64,000 nucleotides of DNA, taken from Camelus dromedarius. Lineage: Eukaryota. The position numbers and the translations under genes were made by a program. Position 1 is the first letter of the stretch; the number at the start of each line of letters is the position of its first letter. Shown here one piece after another: positions 49,036 to 60,650 of this stretch. A model generated the notes under the pieces. That model saw nothing but the letters and a program-made list of their open reading frames with translations, was not told the DNA's origin and searched no databases. The stretch is taken from contig NC_087436.1 in NCBI RefSeq assembly GCF_036321535.1, forward strand, positions 111,726,001 through 111,790,000. Reading direction: 5' to 3'.

Positions 49036-49657
49036 TGTCTTAGTCTCTTGAGTTCCTATGACAAAATGCCACAGACTGGGTGGCTTAAACGGCAGGAATT
49101 TATTTTCTTTTGGTTCTGGAGGCTTGAAGTCCATGGTCAAGGTGCCAGCAGTGCTGGGTTGCAGTGAGGAATCTCTTCTGGGCTCGCAGGTGGCAGCTTT
49201 CTCACTGTGTCCTCATGGGGCAGAGAGAGGGAGCTCTGCTCTCTCTCTCTTTTTTTTTTTTTGTTTTTGATGATTATAAATCTTTTATATTAAACTTTTC
49301 ATTTTAGATAATTTCAAACATATACCAAAGTAGAGACAATAGCATATGTAAATTGCTATATTACCTTTCACCCACCTTCATCAATTATCGACTCCTGGTG
49401 ACTTTTTTTGTTCTTTTATTACATTAGTTTCAGGTTTAGAACATAATGATTCTATTATATGGATATATTATGAAATGATCACCGCCATAAATCTAGTTAA
49501 TGGTATCTCTTCTTATAAGGGCGCTAACCCATTTGTGAGCGCTCTGACCTCATGCTCCGTCACCTCCCAAAGGCCCCGCCTCCAAATACCATCACGTTGG
49601 GGATTAGGTTTCAACGTATGAATTTGGGAGGGAGGGACACGCAATCAGTCTCCATCA
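49036..49657 (-). mobile_element. MLT1A/MLT1A0 LTR split by a composite L1 insertion
   Basis: tgtcttagtc...ccacagactgggtggcttaaac... up to ~49249; resumes at 49501 with tggtatctcttcttataaggg...cacctcccaaaggccccgcctccaaataccatcac. Confidence 0.9.
49250..49500 (-). mobile_element. Composite insertion: younger L1 3' fragment, A-tract, older L1MC/ME-like segment, poly(A)
   Basis: Two T-tracts on the + strand (49250-49268 and 49403-49420) bracket two different L1 3'-end sequences. Confidence 0.7.
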
Positions 49658-49659
49658 CC

Positions 49660-50040
49660 CTCCAAGGTTTTCCCACTTCCAAGCTCTTGCCTTTGCTGTT
49701 CCTTCTGCCTGGAACATCTTCCCCCAGATCTTCAGATCGTTTGCTGCTTTCCGGCTTTCAGGACTTAGCACACTGTCACCTTTTAGAGACGCCCTGTTCA
49801 CACTTCAGGAAAAAAGCCAGTCCCTTGCTCTGCCCTCTCTATCAGGTCACCCCGCTTTATTTTATTCTTGCTACCATTTTCTGAAGGTCTCGTGTTTACA
49901 CGATTGTTTCCTATGCTGTTTGTCTCCACTTGGTTGAATGTAAAGTTCCATGAAAGGCCTTCTCTGGCTAGTTCACTGCTGTGTCTCAAGTACCTAAAAT
50001 ATAACCTGGCACGTAGTAAGCACTCAATGAATGTAGAATA
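49660..50040 (+). mobile_element. L2 3' end
   Basis: ttgctgttccttctgcctggaac...gaatgtaaagttccatgaaagg...cctggcacgtagtaagcactcaatgaatg. Confidence 0.85.
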
Positions 50041-51199
50041 GACAAAGAAACAACCCCCTTTCCCATCAGACGCTGGGCATAAGGAGCAAGCCCCAGGCAT
50101 TTTCTTACCTTGATCATGCATGGAAGGTCTTATTAATCCCTCACAAGGAGGCACTGCTCTAGAGTTTACAAAAGACTTTCCTGCCCATCTTGTCATTGAA
50201 GGCGCTCAGCCTTCCAGGAAGGGCAGGTATTATTGGCCCCGTTTTGTCAGGAAGACCTTCTCGGAGTCACATATCTGGCCGATGGAACTGCGGCCTCCTG
50301 ACCCAAGGCCGGCCTCCCTCCATCAACTTCCCTCCCTGTCCATTACAGAGGCTCCACTTTGTAGCTTTGGACATGCAGAAATGACTCAATGTCTCGGCCA
50401 ACCAGGCTCCAGGTCAGATATTGATTCAATTGATGGCCACTAAGCCTTAAGCTGCACTTAAGAGCAGCTGGAAAGATCTTATCCCTTTCCTCTCTCTTAG
50501 CTTTTCCCCAGCCGGCCCCTGGCCTGGGCCCAGCCTCATTCCGGGCTTTGGAAGCTCTCTGCTTCCATTGCACTTGAAAGAATGGTCCAGGCAGCGGCTT
50601 GGACAGAGGGAGCTGTTCCCACCGATCCTACAGTCAGAAGCAGTTCCGGTGAGAAGCATCAGGGGCACAGGTGATGGCTGTCATGCCACTGGTCATCTGC
50701 AACTGTGTCATTTCCACACCACCTTTGGAAGATCCTCTCCTTAGATTGTTCAGGGGGATGTCTCACAAGGAAACCATCCAAAAATACACAGCAATGCAGA
50801 ATTTGGTTTTGAAGACCTAGACAGCCTAACTGTCCAACAAGATGGGAATAAAGAGAAGGACAATAGATTCATGGGCTGTTACCCAAGCTCAGGTGTTACA
50901 TAACTGCTATGAATGTTGGGTAGAAATGTCTAATAATGACCTAGGAAAACACTAACTACCAGCAAAAATATCAAATAATAGCAGAAAATATCCTGGCAAA
51001 AACAAGATACAAAGTTCTGTACACACTCTAACAGCGACAACAGTTGCTAGAGAAAGGCAACAAAGAAAACTACCCAGCCGTGCGACATGAGAGTGATGGT
51101 ACAACAGGGACATGAGTATGAAAGGAGCCTTTCCTCTGGTTTGTCTAATTTTTCACTAATGCAATATTTACTCTTCCTTAAAAAGCTTTAAATGTTATC

Positions 51200-51860
51200 T
51201 TTTAAATTCATGATAATTAATTTAAAAAATAATCATAAAGGAAAATATTTAAAAAGTACTGATATTCCTGCTACTGATAACATATTGAGGGATCGTGTCC
51301 CCATAACCTCTACATGCATATAAATCTATATTTTTATAAGCAAAAGTAAAATCAGACCGTACCTGTCATTTACACTCTATGTTTTCTCAATGATATTTTA
51401 TGAACTACTGAACATGTTTCTGTTCTTCCACAATATTGTTTTGAATTCTGCTTCGTTCGTGTTGTATGGGTGTCTCACTATCTAATTTATCTCCTGGTGT
51501 TGGATGTTTAGATTACTTCCAGTTCTTTGATGTTATAAGTTACAACTATGGATGCTTTTTCTAATCAATTTGCGTCACACATTCTTGAGCATTCACTTAA
51601 GGTAAAATTTTTAAAGTGGAATATTTGAGTGCTAAGGTATACACATTTTTAAGTCTCTCTCTCTCTCTATATATATATAGTGTGTATGTGTGTATATATA
51701 CACACACATATATATACAAATATACATATAGATATGCCAGTTGATATTTATGTAAGTTGCGTAGGAGAGATCCTGCCTCCCACACTCTTGCCAAATTTTG
51801 ATTGTTATTATTTTTACACCTTTGCTCACTTAGTAGCCATGAAGGGATATGCTAGCTAAG
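51200..51860 (-). mobile_element. Ancient L1ME-like remnant with CT/TA/CA microsatellite
   Basis: tgttggatgtttagattacttccagttctt, aagtggaatatttgagtgctaaggtatacacatttt and cacactcttgccaa. Confidence 0.6.
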
Positions 51861-52353
51861 TGTCTTCCCTCTGCAATTTTAAGAACCCAACTCAAATAGC
51901 TTTAGAACAAGAAGGCAAAGGGTAGAGAGGGAGACTGATAGCTCCAGGAACTGCAAAGTACCCGGACTAGTGTTACCGCTCAGTAAGGCTTGATTAAAGT
52001 TCAAAAGCACCGCTAGGCCTCATTTCTGGACTTGGCTTCTTTTGCTCTCCGTGTGGTGTCACCTCAACATCAGTGCCAGAGGAAGGGAGAGTCCAAGAAA
52101 GACGGTGGCCTGGTGAAACCTGAGAGTCCAGTCTTGCTGGCGCTGGCTGGGCCTCCAGAGGACATGTAGGGAAGAGCCAGGGGCGGGACCTGGACCCTGG
52201 CACGGGCGCCTTCCCTTCTGGGCTGTAAAGAGAGAACGAGAGGCAGCTTCCTCAAAGCCAGACCGGGGTGTGGCCACCAGCAGGAGGAGGAAGTGGATGT
52301 TTAGTATCAAGCGGATTCATCGTTTGAGGAGGTAACATCAGACCCACATCAAA

Positions 52354-52495
52354 GGTGGAGGGCATAGCTCAGTGGTAGAGTGCGTGCCTAGCATGCACGA
52401 GGTCCTGGGTTCAATCCCCAGCACCTCCATTTAAATAAATGAACATAACTACCTCTCCCACCCAACCCCCACCCCCAAGACTTTAAGGAAAAAAG
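52354..52495 (+). mobile_element. tRNA-Ala-derived camelid SINE, long form
   Basis: gagggcatagctcagtggtagagtgcgtgcctagcatgcacgaggtcctgggttcaatccccagcacctcca plus aataaatgaacataactacctctccc tail; degenerate TSD agacccacatc / agattacatc. Confidence 0.9.
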
Positions 52496-53254
52496 ATTAC
52501 ATCTGTATGTTTTTAAACCACATTTACTCTTTCAAATTGTTCATGGGATAAAATCTTTAAAGAGGACTACCCCTCCTCGCCTCCACCCATTCTTTTTTTT
52601 TTCAGCCTCACCTGAACAATACTGTTCTTTGATCTGGGACAGGCCTTCCTCTCTCTGGGTGTCAATTCTCTCATCTGTAAAATGGGGTTATGAATCCCCA
52701 CGTTAATCTGACAGAATAGCAGTAAGCCGTCCTAAGTAAGCCCGTGTGTGATAAAACCTTGAACATCTCACGTCCTAACAGATGTTTCCTACCAACTTCG
52801 GGGAGTGGACTCATAGCAGAAGCACTTGCCTGTGATTTTTTGAAATTTTAAAGAAATTTACTGTGTGCCCTTAGGAAAGGAGCCTAGTTATTTGATAACT
52901 GTTTTCCCTTTCTCTATTAAAAAATTAAGCTAGAACTCCTGCCCTCAAATGCATAATTTCAATGTAAAGTTTAAAGCCCTGGATGAGCAAAAGGGTAGAG
53001 GAAGCCATGCAGGAAGTGAGGTCCTCCTGTGTGTGGATGGTCTTGGTGATATTTTATGTCCTTTTTGTAGTGGCTACTGTTCCCCAAGCCCAGGCCTGAA
53101 CCATGAGGGACACTTCCTTAAGGGTCTCACCAAGTGCTGACCATTGAGGACGAGGTGGCAAAAATGTGTAAACTCCCTTGTATCTGCGGCCCCTGAGGGC
53201 TTGATGCGCTCTCACCAGCCTCCATTCGTGGACTGTTCCTCCTGGTGTCCTGCT

Positions 53255-53292
53255 GCATCTGTCCCAGGCAAGCATCTGTCCCAGGCAAGCAA
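53255..53292. repeat. Perfect 17-bp tandem duplication (gcatctgtcccaggcaa x2)
   Basis: Copies at 53255-53271 and 53272-53288. Confidence 0.95.
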
Positions 53293-53739
53293 GTGCTTGT
53301 GTTCTGCCTCTCTTTGCAGGTGACTGTCTCGTCTTAGATTTTAGGGTGGTCCTTTCCCCGGGGATCTCAGGTCTTTGGTCAATGAGAAGACTTTCACGGG
53401 ATTGCAGTTTGCTCTGCTCCTTTGTTGTAAGATCAGGAACAATGCTCTTTCTAACACTCTGCATGTCTGAACAGAAACTGGATGTTCTGTTCCAAGTTTT
53501 AACTCGAAACTTTGTGCTGATTAGAGGAGGCTGGCACTATTTTATAAATGAGAGGCTGGCTCAGGGTTAACTTCAAGGTCGCGCACAGCTTGGAAAGAGC
53601 AGAGCTGGATCCTGAACCCAAAGCTTTGTAACCCACTATGCAAGCCTACTTCCTAAACCTGTCTTTCAGGAATGGCATTTTCTCTAATGTGTCTAGACTG
53701 TAGTTCATGTGCAGAGGAGGCTGAACAGAAAAGTTGGGG

Positions 53740-54210
53740 CTACCCTCATAGAAGGCCAGGTGAGCAAGTGTGAACTTTAGGCTGTAGTTAGTCGAAGATT
53801 TCAGACCACAGTGTGACTTAGCACTTAGGAAGAATGATACTTGTCCTTTGGAAAGAATAATCTGGCATCGGTGTGGAGAAGGTACTAGAATGTCTGAGAC
53901 AACAGGAACTTGAATGGAGGCAGTGGAGATGAAATTTTTGAACCATCTGGAACGGGGGAATCACCAGTACTTGATGTAAGCTAGAGATCAGGTGTGGAGA
54001 ATCTGATTTATGGTTTTGAGAAGAGGAAAGTGACATGAAATGAATTTATTCAGAATCAAGAGGAGAACCTGGTTTGGTAGGGAAGGTGGATAATGGGCTT
54101 GGTTTTAGACAGACTAAGCAGCAGGTGTCCAGCCCAAGGAGGGAGGTCTGGCAGGCCTCTGGGAACGGGAGTCCGGAACACTGGAAGCGGGTGATGGTGA
54201 TGGGCTATCC
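53740..54210 (-). mobile_element. L2 fragment
   Basis: tttggaaagaataatctggc...ggtgtggagaa...gaatggaggcagtggagatg. Confidence 0.55.
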
Positions 54211-55174
54211 CAGTGGGCGTCTCTAAGGCATTGCCTCTCTCAACCATGCACCTACACATCTCCAAGCAGCAGTGCCAGCAGTTGGAAAACTTCAGTAAAA
54301 TCAACAACCCAAATGGGAATTTTCTGGAGTTTTCATGTCACTTGCATGAAAAGCAAGCAGTTTTCTCTTTCTCTCTCAGGCTGGAGCTCATCAGGCTGTG
54401 ACAATTTGAAATTTATCAGTCAGACAGTTAACATGTTTCAAGGAGAACATCATCATTTGAACACCCAGTAGAGAAAAATGTGTCTGTACTAAGAAGCAAC
54501 GCTATCTTCCTTATGTAAAGAGACCCCAGTCGTTTACATTTTCACTTTTGCTTCCCATCGTGTGTTAAATAATTCTGACATTTTCTTCAAATACAAATTA
54601 TATTTCTGAAAATTTCTCAAATGTGAGGTTTTATTTTTCCTAAAAGAAAAAAAAGGTAGGGAGAAAGATAGAAAGAGAGAGAGGGTTCATGTGACAACTC
54701 TGGCCATCTCCTGGGTCTCTAATTCCTACCCAGCTTTGTTTGAAAAAAAAGAAGTACTAATTTCATTTAGTTTTTCTGCCTGGCAATGAAATTTCTATAA
54801 GAAAATAGCTCCTTGAATCTTAAGTGGCTGAGGAGCTAGCTGTTCAGATAAACACTCAAAGTATTCAATTTTAACATATGAAACCTTAACCTTGGGGTTG
54901 GGAGGACCTTCAAGGTCACCAGATGATAGATACTCCCCTCCATCTTTGAATTTCTATGAAACCTCTCCACACATTGGGTATTCAGCCAGGGCTTACGTAT
55001 CTCCAAAAGTATCCTTAAATTAGGATAATCAAATTATATTTCATTTATATGCAAAAGCTTCCCCCGTTGGCCCTAGTTACCGCTGTGGCCTTATCCTAGG
55101 TAAGAGTGAGAGTGAGAGCATGTCAGGGCTTTGCAGACAGACTTTAGGGTTCAGATCCTTCATCTGATACATGA

Positions 55175-55322
55175 GTCATATTTTGAGCACCAACTGGATC
55201 ACCTGGGAAGTTGTCAGAAATGCGGACTATTGGGCTCCACCTCAAGCTTACTGAATCATAATCTCTAGCTTAATAAGATCCCCAGGTGATTCCTACACAC
55301 GTTAAATTTTGAGAAGTGTAGC
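55175..55322. mobile_element. MER5A-like (hAT-Charlie)
   Basis: atcacctgggaagttgtcagaaatgcggact...tactgaatca...aataagatccccaggtgattc...tttgagaa. Confidence 0.8.
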
Positions 55323-57746
55323 TCGAAGAACTCAGTTAATTACCCACATGCTCAGTTTCTTGTCTGAAAGCTGACATGGTTGGACTTGATAAGCTCAAAA
55401 AGTTCCCTTCACCTATAAAACATTAAAATAGTAAATACAGAATTCACAAAAATCTATGGGCAGAATATTTTTTAGTAAGGGAAAACTGTTAACAACCTAG
55501 ATATAAAACATAGGGAAATTTTAAAGTAAACTATTATTTAGCCATGATTTAAAAATGACAGCCAAATAGAAAATTCTGAAGACGATGTCAAGAAAAGATC
55601 AGGGTATAAAATTTAATGATTATATTTAATAAACAGGAAAAAAATTAGAAAAATAGCAAAATGTCTACAGTATTTATACATAGGTGATGTGAGTAGAAAT
55701 GGTTATTTCCCTGTCATTTAGTTTCCTCCCCATTCCACATTTACTAAGGATATGTAATTTTAATAGTAAGGGGGAAAAAAAAATCCAAGCATCTTTATTT
55801 TTTGATCAACAAGGATCAGATAGAAGACATGAAAATTTCAAGTTTTATAGACAACCACAGAATTCATTTTATAATGAATGTACCAAATTCCTTCTTCATC
55901 CCACAGAGTATGTCCTTCAGCTATTGTCTTTCAAGGCTCCACTCAAGTCCCACTTCTCCAAGCCAACTTCTTACATTCTCTGAGGTCAGGGATCTTGTTT
56001 GAATCAACTCTGCAACCTCTTTTGACAAAGAAACAAACGCTGATTAGGTACCAAGGAAATGTGAAATGAAGGAAGGAAATGGGGGAGGGAGGGAGGGAGA
56101 GAGAAGGAGGGGATGGGCAGAAGAACAAAAGAATGAAACACACACAAGCCTCACTGCTGATTGAACTCCAGCCCCTTTGGAATCCTGCACAATATTTCTG
56201 GCTATTAATAAACGGCCTTGCATTGTTCACTGCAGTGTCATGGTCTTGATTCTCCAAAGAGATTTCAAGTACCATAAAAAGAGGAAAACATCTGCTTAAA
56301 AAATATGTGTTTGGATTATTCTTTTCTGAAGCAATTTAGTTTGGGAGACATACTGCTTATTCCTGGTCATGTAGGAGTGGGGATGAGACCTCAGGACTGT
56401 CAACAGTGTGTGAGGGTGAGGGGTGGGGCCATGTGATGCTCAACTGGGCTTTTAAAACTTACAAACATACCAGAGCATCTTGAGTGTATGTGCATAATGG
56501 CAGTGCATCAAATACATGAGGCAAACACGGATAAACTGCAGGATGAACTAGACAAATCCACAGATAGATTAGGAGATTTCAATACTCCTCTTTTAATAGT
56601 TGATAGAGCAACTAGACAAAAAATTAAGACATATAGGAAATTTAAACCACAGTCATGGTTACTTGGCTTAATTGATCTTTATAGAACACTCCACCCACTA
56701 ATGGCAGAATTAACATTCTTTTCAAGTGTACATGCTATTTATCAGAATAGACCATATTCTGGGGCAAAAAAAAGTCTCAATAATTTGGAATAAATTCATA
56801 GAAATTATAATCTCTGGATATATTGGTTTTAGGTAAGAAATCAATGATAGAAATAGATCTAAAAAAATCCCTAAATAATTGGATACTAAGTAACACATTC
56901 AAGGGTCAGAGGGGAAATCAAAAGGGAAATCAGATTGTATTTTGAACTAAACGAAAATGCAAACACCACATATCAAAATTTGTGGGATGCAGCTACATCA
57001 GTAATAAGTGAAAATTTATAGCACTAGACACAGATGTTAGAAAACAAGATAGCTTCAAATCCTGCTACCTTAAGAAACTAAAAAGAGAAGAGCAAATGAA
57101 ACTCAAGGTAAAAAGAAAAGAAATAGTAAAGAATTGAAGTGAAAATCAATGAAACAGGAAAACAATTGAAAAATCAATGCATTCAAAGCTTTTCTTCTCT
57201 TTCTAGAAGAGAGGTGACTGATCAGAAAAAAAGAAAGAAGCAATCAATTACCAATATTAAGAATGTAAAATATGACACAGACAGATTCTATAGATATTAA
57301 CATGATAATAAGGAAACAGTATGAAAACTTTATTCCAATTAATCCAATAACATCATTGATAAATTATTTGAAAGACAAACTACCAAAGCTGACTCAAGGA
57401 AAAAAAAGACAAGATAAATATTTGCTAATGAAACTGAATTTATAGTTAAAAATCTTCCCACAAAAAAAATCCCAGGCCCAGATGGCTTCCCTAATGAATT
57501 CTACCAAATATTTCAGGGAGAAGTAATACCAATTCTAATCAATCTCTTTCCAAAAATTGGAAACGTGATCAAATATGTAGAAAACCCAAAAAAATCTATA
57601 GAAAAGAACCTAAACTAATAAGTTAGTTTAGGAAGGTTGCAGGATACAAGATCAGTATACAAAAATCAATTGCATTTCTAAATACTAGCAATGACAAGTG
57701 GAAATTGAAATTTAAAAATTGGCATCAATAAATATGAAATATTTGG

Positions 57747-57932
57747 ACAGGGCTGGAATGAGGGTAAACTACATGAAGCACTCACCTCAGTCCTAGAACT
57801 AAGGGGGGCACCAAAAACTTACTAATCAAGACAAATGGTATTATAGCATAATCTTTAAAAAATATCAAAAATTAATGCAAAAAAATCTGTGATGAGTGAA
57901 ATATCAACTTAAAAAAAAAAAAAAAGACAGGA
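57747..57932. mobile_element. MER96B-like (hAT) fragment inside L1
   Basis: cagggctggaatgagggt...taaggggggcaccaaaaacttactaatcaaga...atcaaaattaatgcaaaaaaat. Confidence 0.7.
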
Positions 57933-58377
57933 TGTTTGGTTTGTGATTCTGCAAGAGGAATAATTTTTCTCAATCAGTTGGTGGTTGCAAGATCTGTATC
58001 CTGAGAATTACAAAACTGAGAGAAATGAAAAACATCTAAACAAAAATTGGAGAGACATACTGTGTTTATGGAGGACTCTGCGTTATTGGAAGTTGATTTT
58101 AAAATTCAAATGGAAAGGCAAAAGACATAAGGTAAGAAAAATAATTTTGGAAAAGAAGAACAAAATTGGAGGACTTGTAATACCTGGCTTCAAGATTTCT
58201 TGTAAGTCCACTACAGTAATAAAGGCAGTGTAGTACTGACATCAAGAGAGACAAATAGATTAATAAAACAGCATAGGGAATCCAGAAATCAACCTACATG
58301 CATGTGATCAATTAATTTTCAACAAAGGTCCAAGACAGCTCAGTGGAGAGAGAATTTTTTTTTTAATAAGTAATTAG

Positions 58378-58410
<33 letters not shown>

Positions 58411-59074
58411 AACACATGCACAGTTTTTAATTTTGATCATTTCCCAGTAGTTCTCAATAGTTTTGAGTAACATTCCAAACAATAAAACTCATAGAAGAAA
58501 GTCTTATGATCTTGGGTAAGGCAAGGATTTCTTACACATAATATCTAAAATGTAATACATAAAATAAAAATTAAAAATGAGCTTTTATAATATTAAAAAC
58601 TTTGCTCTGGAAAAGATTCTGTTAAGAAAATGAAAAGCCACAGAATGGGAGAAAATATTAGCAAATCATGTATCTGATTAAAAGCTTGTATCCTAGAATG
58701 TATAAAGAACTCTCAAAACTGAATAATAAGAAAACAAATCCTTCTCCCAGACAAGACTAATATTTGAAATAGTCACTTCATCAAAAAAGAGATACATACA
58801 ATAAATAAACAAATTAAAAGGGGTTCAATATCATCAGTTATCAGAGAAAGGCAAATTAAAATCACAAGGAAATATCACTACACATATATTAAAATTAAAA
58901 AGAATAAGCATTTTAAGTTTTGGCGAGGATATGGAGCAACTGGAATTTTCATACAGTGCTGGTGGGGATGTAAAATAGTACAACCAATTTGGAAAACAGT
59001 TTAGCCATTTCTATGAAAGGCTAACATACACCGATTTTATGTCTAATCACTAACTCATAGAAATTTGTATAAGA

Positions 59075-59205
59075 ACACTTGTTCAAAAACTGACAAGCGA
59101 ACATTTCAGGCTTTGTAAGCCAAGATGCTACACACTCTGCTATGTAACATAAAAGCAGCTGCAGACAAGAAGCAAATAAATACATGCAAGAGTGTGGCTG
59201 AGTCT
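59075..59205. mobile_element. MER58A-like fragment inside L1
   Basis: atttcaggctttgtaagcca...ctctgctatgtaacataaaagcagctgcagacaa...gtgtggctg. Confidence 0.65.
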
Positions 59206-60004
59206 GTGGAAAGTAGAAAATAAGTCATCTTCTCTGGACCTCTGCAGATGTCCACATAAAGACTTAGACAAGAATGCTCTGAGCAGCTGTATTCATGATG
59301 GCTCCAAACTGGAAACCACCCAGACTTCTACCAGCAGATGAATGGATAAACCTGCAGTGATCTAGCCATACAATGGAATAATACTCAGGAATGAAAAATA
59401 ATTAATTAAATTTGTGTCCCTCCAGAGTTGCCAAAAATGAATTATTGATACACACAACATGATAAATCTTCAAATAATTATGTTGTATGAAAGAAGCTAG
59501 ACCCTCCTTACCCCCAAAAAGAGTACATATAGTATGATTCCATTTGTATGTGAGACTCCAGAAAATGCTAAACAATCTACAGACTAAAAGCAGATCAGGA
59601 TGACTGGCAGAGGGGAGTGAAAGGGACACTGGAGAGAAGCATTGTAAACATGTACAAGGAAGCTTTTGATACTGATGGTATGTTCATTATCTGGATTGTG
59701 GTGTTGGTTTAATAGATGTACAAATACGTCAAAACTTGTCAAATTGTACACTTTAAATATGTTCAGTTTGTTGTGTGTCAATTATACCTCAACAAAGGTG
59801 GTAAAAAAACAAAACGTACAGCTGGTGTGGAGGGCCAGAGAGCAACTGGCCTCAGAGAGCACGGAAGCTGAGGCCCTGGTGCCATCAGGATTTACTTTCT
59901 CTCACTTTGACTTCTCTTTACAGATCAGCTTCTCTCTGTGTGGAGGCACAGTGCCTTGCTCTGCTTTCTGGAACAACACAGAGCAAGCCTCGGAGGGTGG
60001 CCAA

Positions 60005-60215
60005 GTGTTGTCCTGGGAAAGACATCGGCATAGGAGACAGGCAGATCTACATGAATATAAGATCTGCTACTTACTTGCTTTGTGATTCTGGGGAAGATCA
60101 AAACCTCAGTTTTCTAATCAGAAAAATGGGGAAATTGCTTACTTTGCAAGGCTGTTGTAAGGATTAGAGATGAGTGGGAAATCATAAGGCGTGCTTGGCA
60201 CACCCACAAAACATT
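60005..60215 (+). mobile_element. MIR
   Basis: aacctcagttttctaatcagaaaaatgggg...ggctgttgtaaggattagagatga. Confidence 0.75.
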
Positions 60216-60249
60216 AGTTCTCTTTCTTGTTTCTCCTTCGTACACCAAC

Positions 60250-60650
60250 CCTATTAGTCAGGGTTCTCCAGAGAAACAGAGCCAATCAGGTATATATTTG
60301 TAGGGGTTTATCTTCAGAAACTGGCTCATGGAGGACAGTAATTCTGAAATCTACAGGGGAGGCCATGGGCTGAACACCCAGGGAATGGTTGATGTTGCAG
60401 CCTTGAGTCTGAAGGCTGTCTACTGACAGAATTCCTTTTTCCTCAGAGGAATTCAGTCTTGTCTCTTAAGGACTTCAACTGTTTGGGTGAGGCCCACCCA
60501 CATTATGATGTGTAATCTGCTTTACTCAGTCTCCCGAGTTAAACGGTGATCACATCTACAACATACCTCACAGCAGCGTCTAGACTGGTATTTGATCAAA
60601 TAACTGGGTACCATCCCCCAGCCAAGTTGACACATAAAATTAACACTCAC
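60250..60650 (-). mobile_element. ERVL LTR, MLT2D-like
   Basis: tattagtcagggttctccagagaaacagagccaat...gaggcccacccacattat...gccaagttgacacataaaattaac. Confidence 0.9.

Larger units (their letters stand above)
56480..59810 (+). mobile_element. Old L1 (L1MB/L1ME1-class), endonuclease through 3' end with internal deletions; inactive
   Basis: ORF 56488-56793 has LGDFNTPL...IDLYRTLHP...TFFSSVH (APE-like endonuclease). ORF 57985-58233 resembles C-terminal ORF2. Tail aaattgtacactttaaatatgttcagtt...tcaattatacctcaa. Confidence 0.92.
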
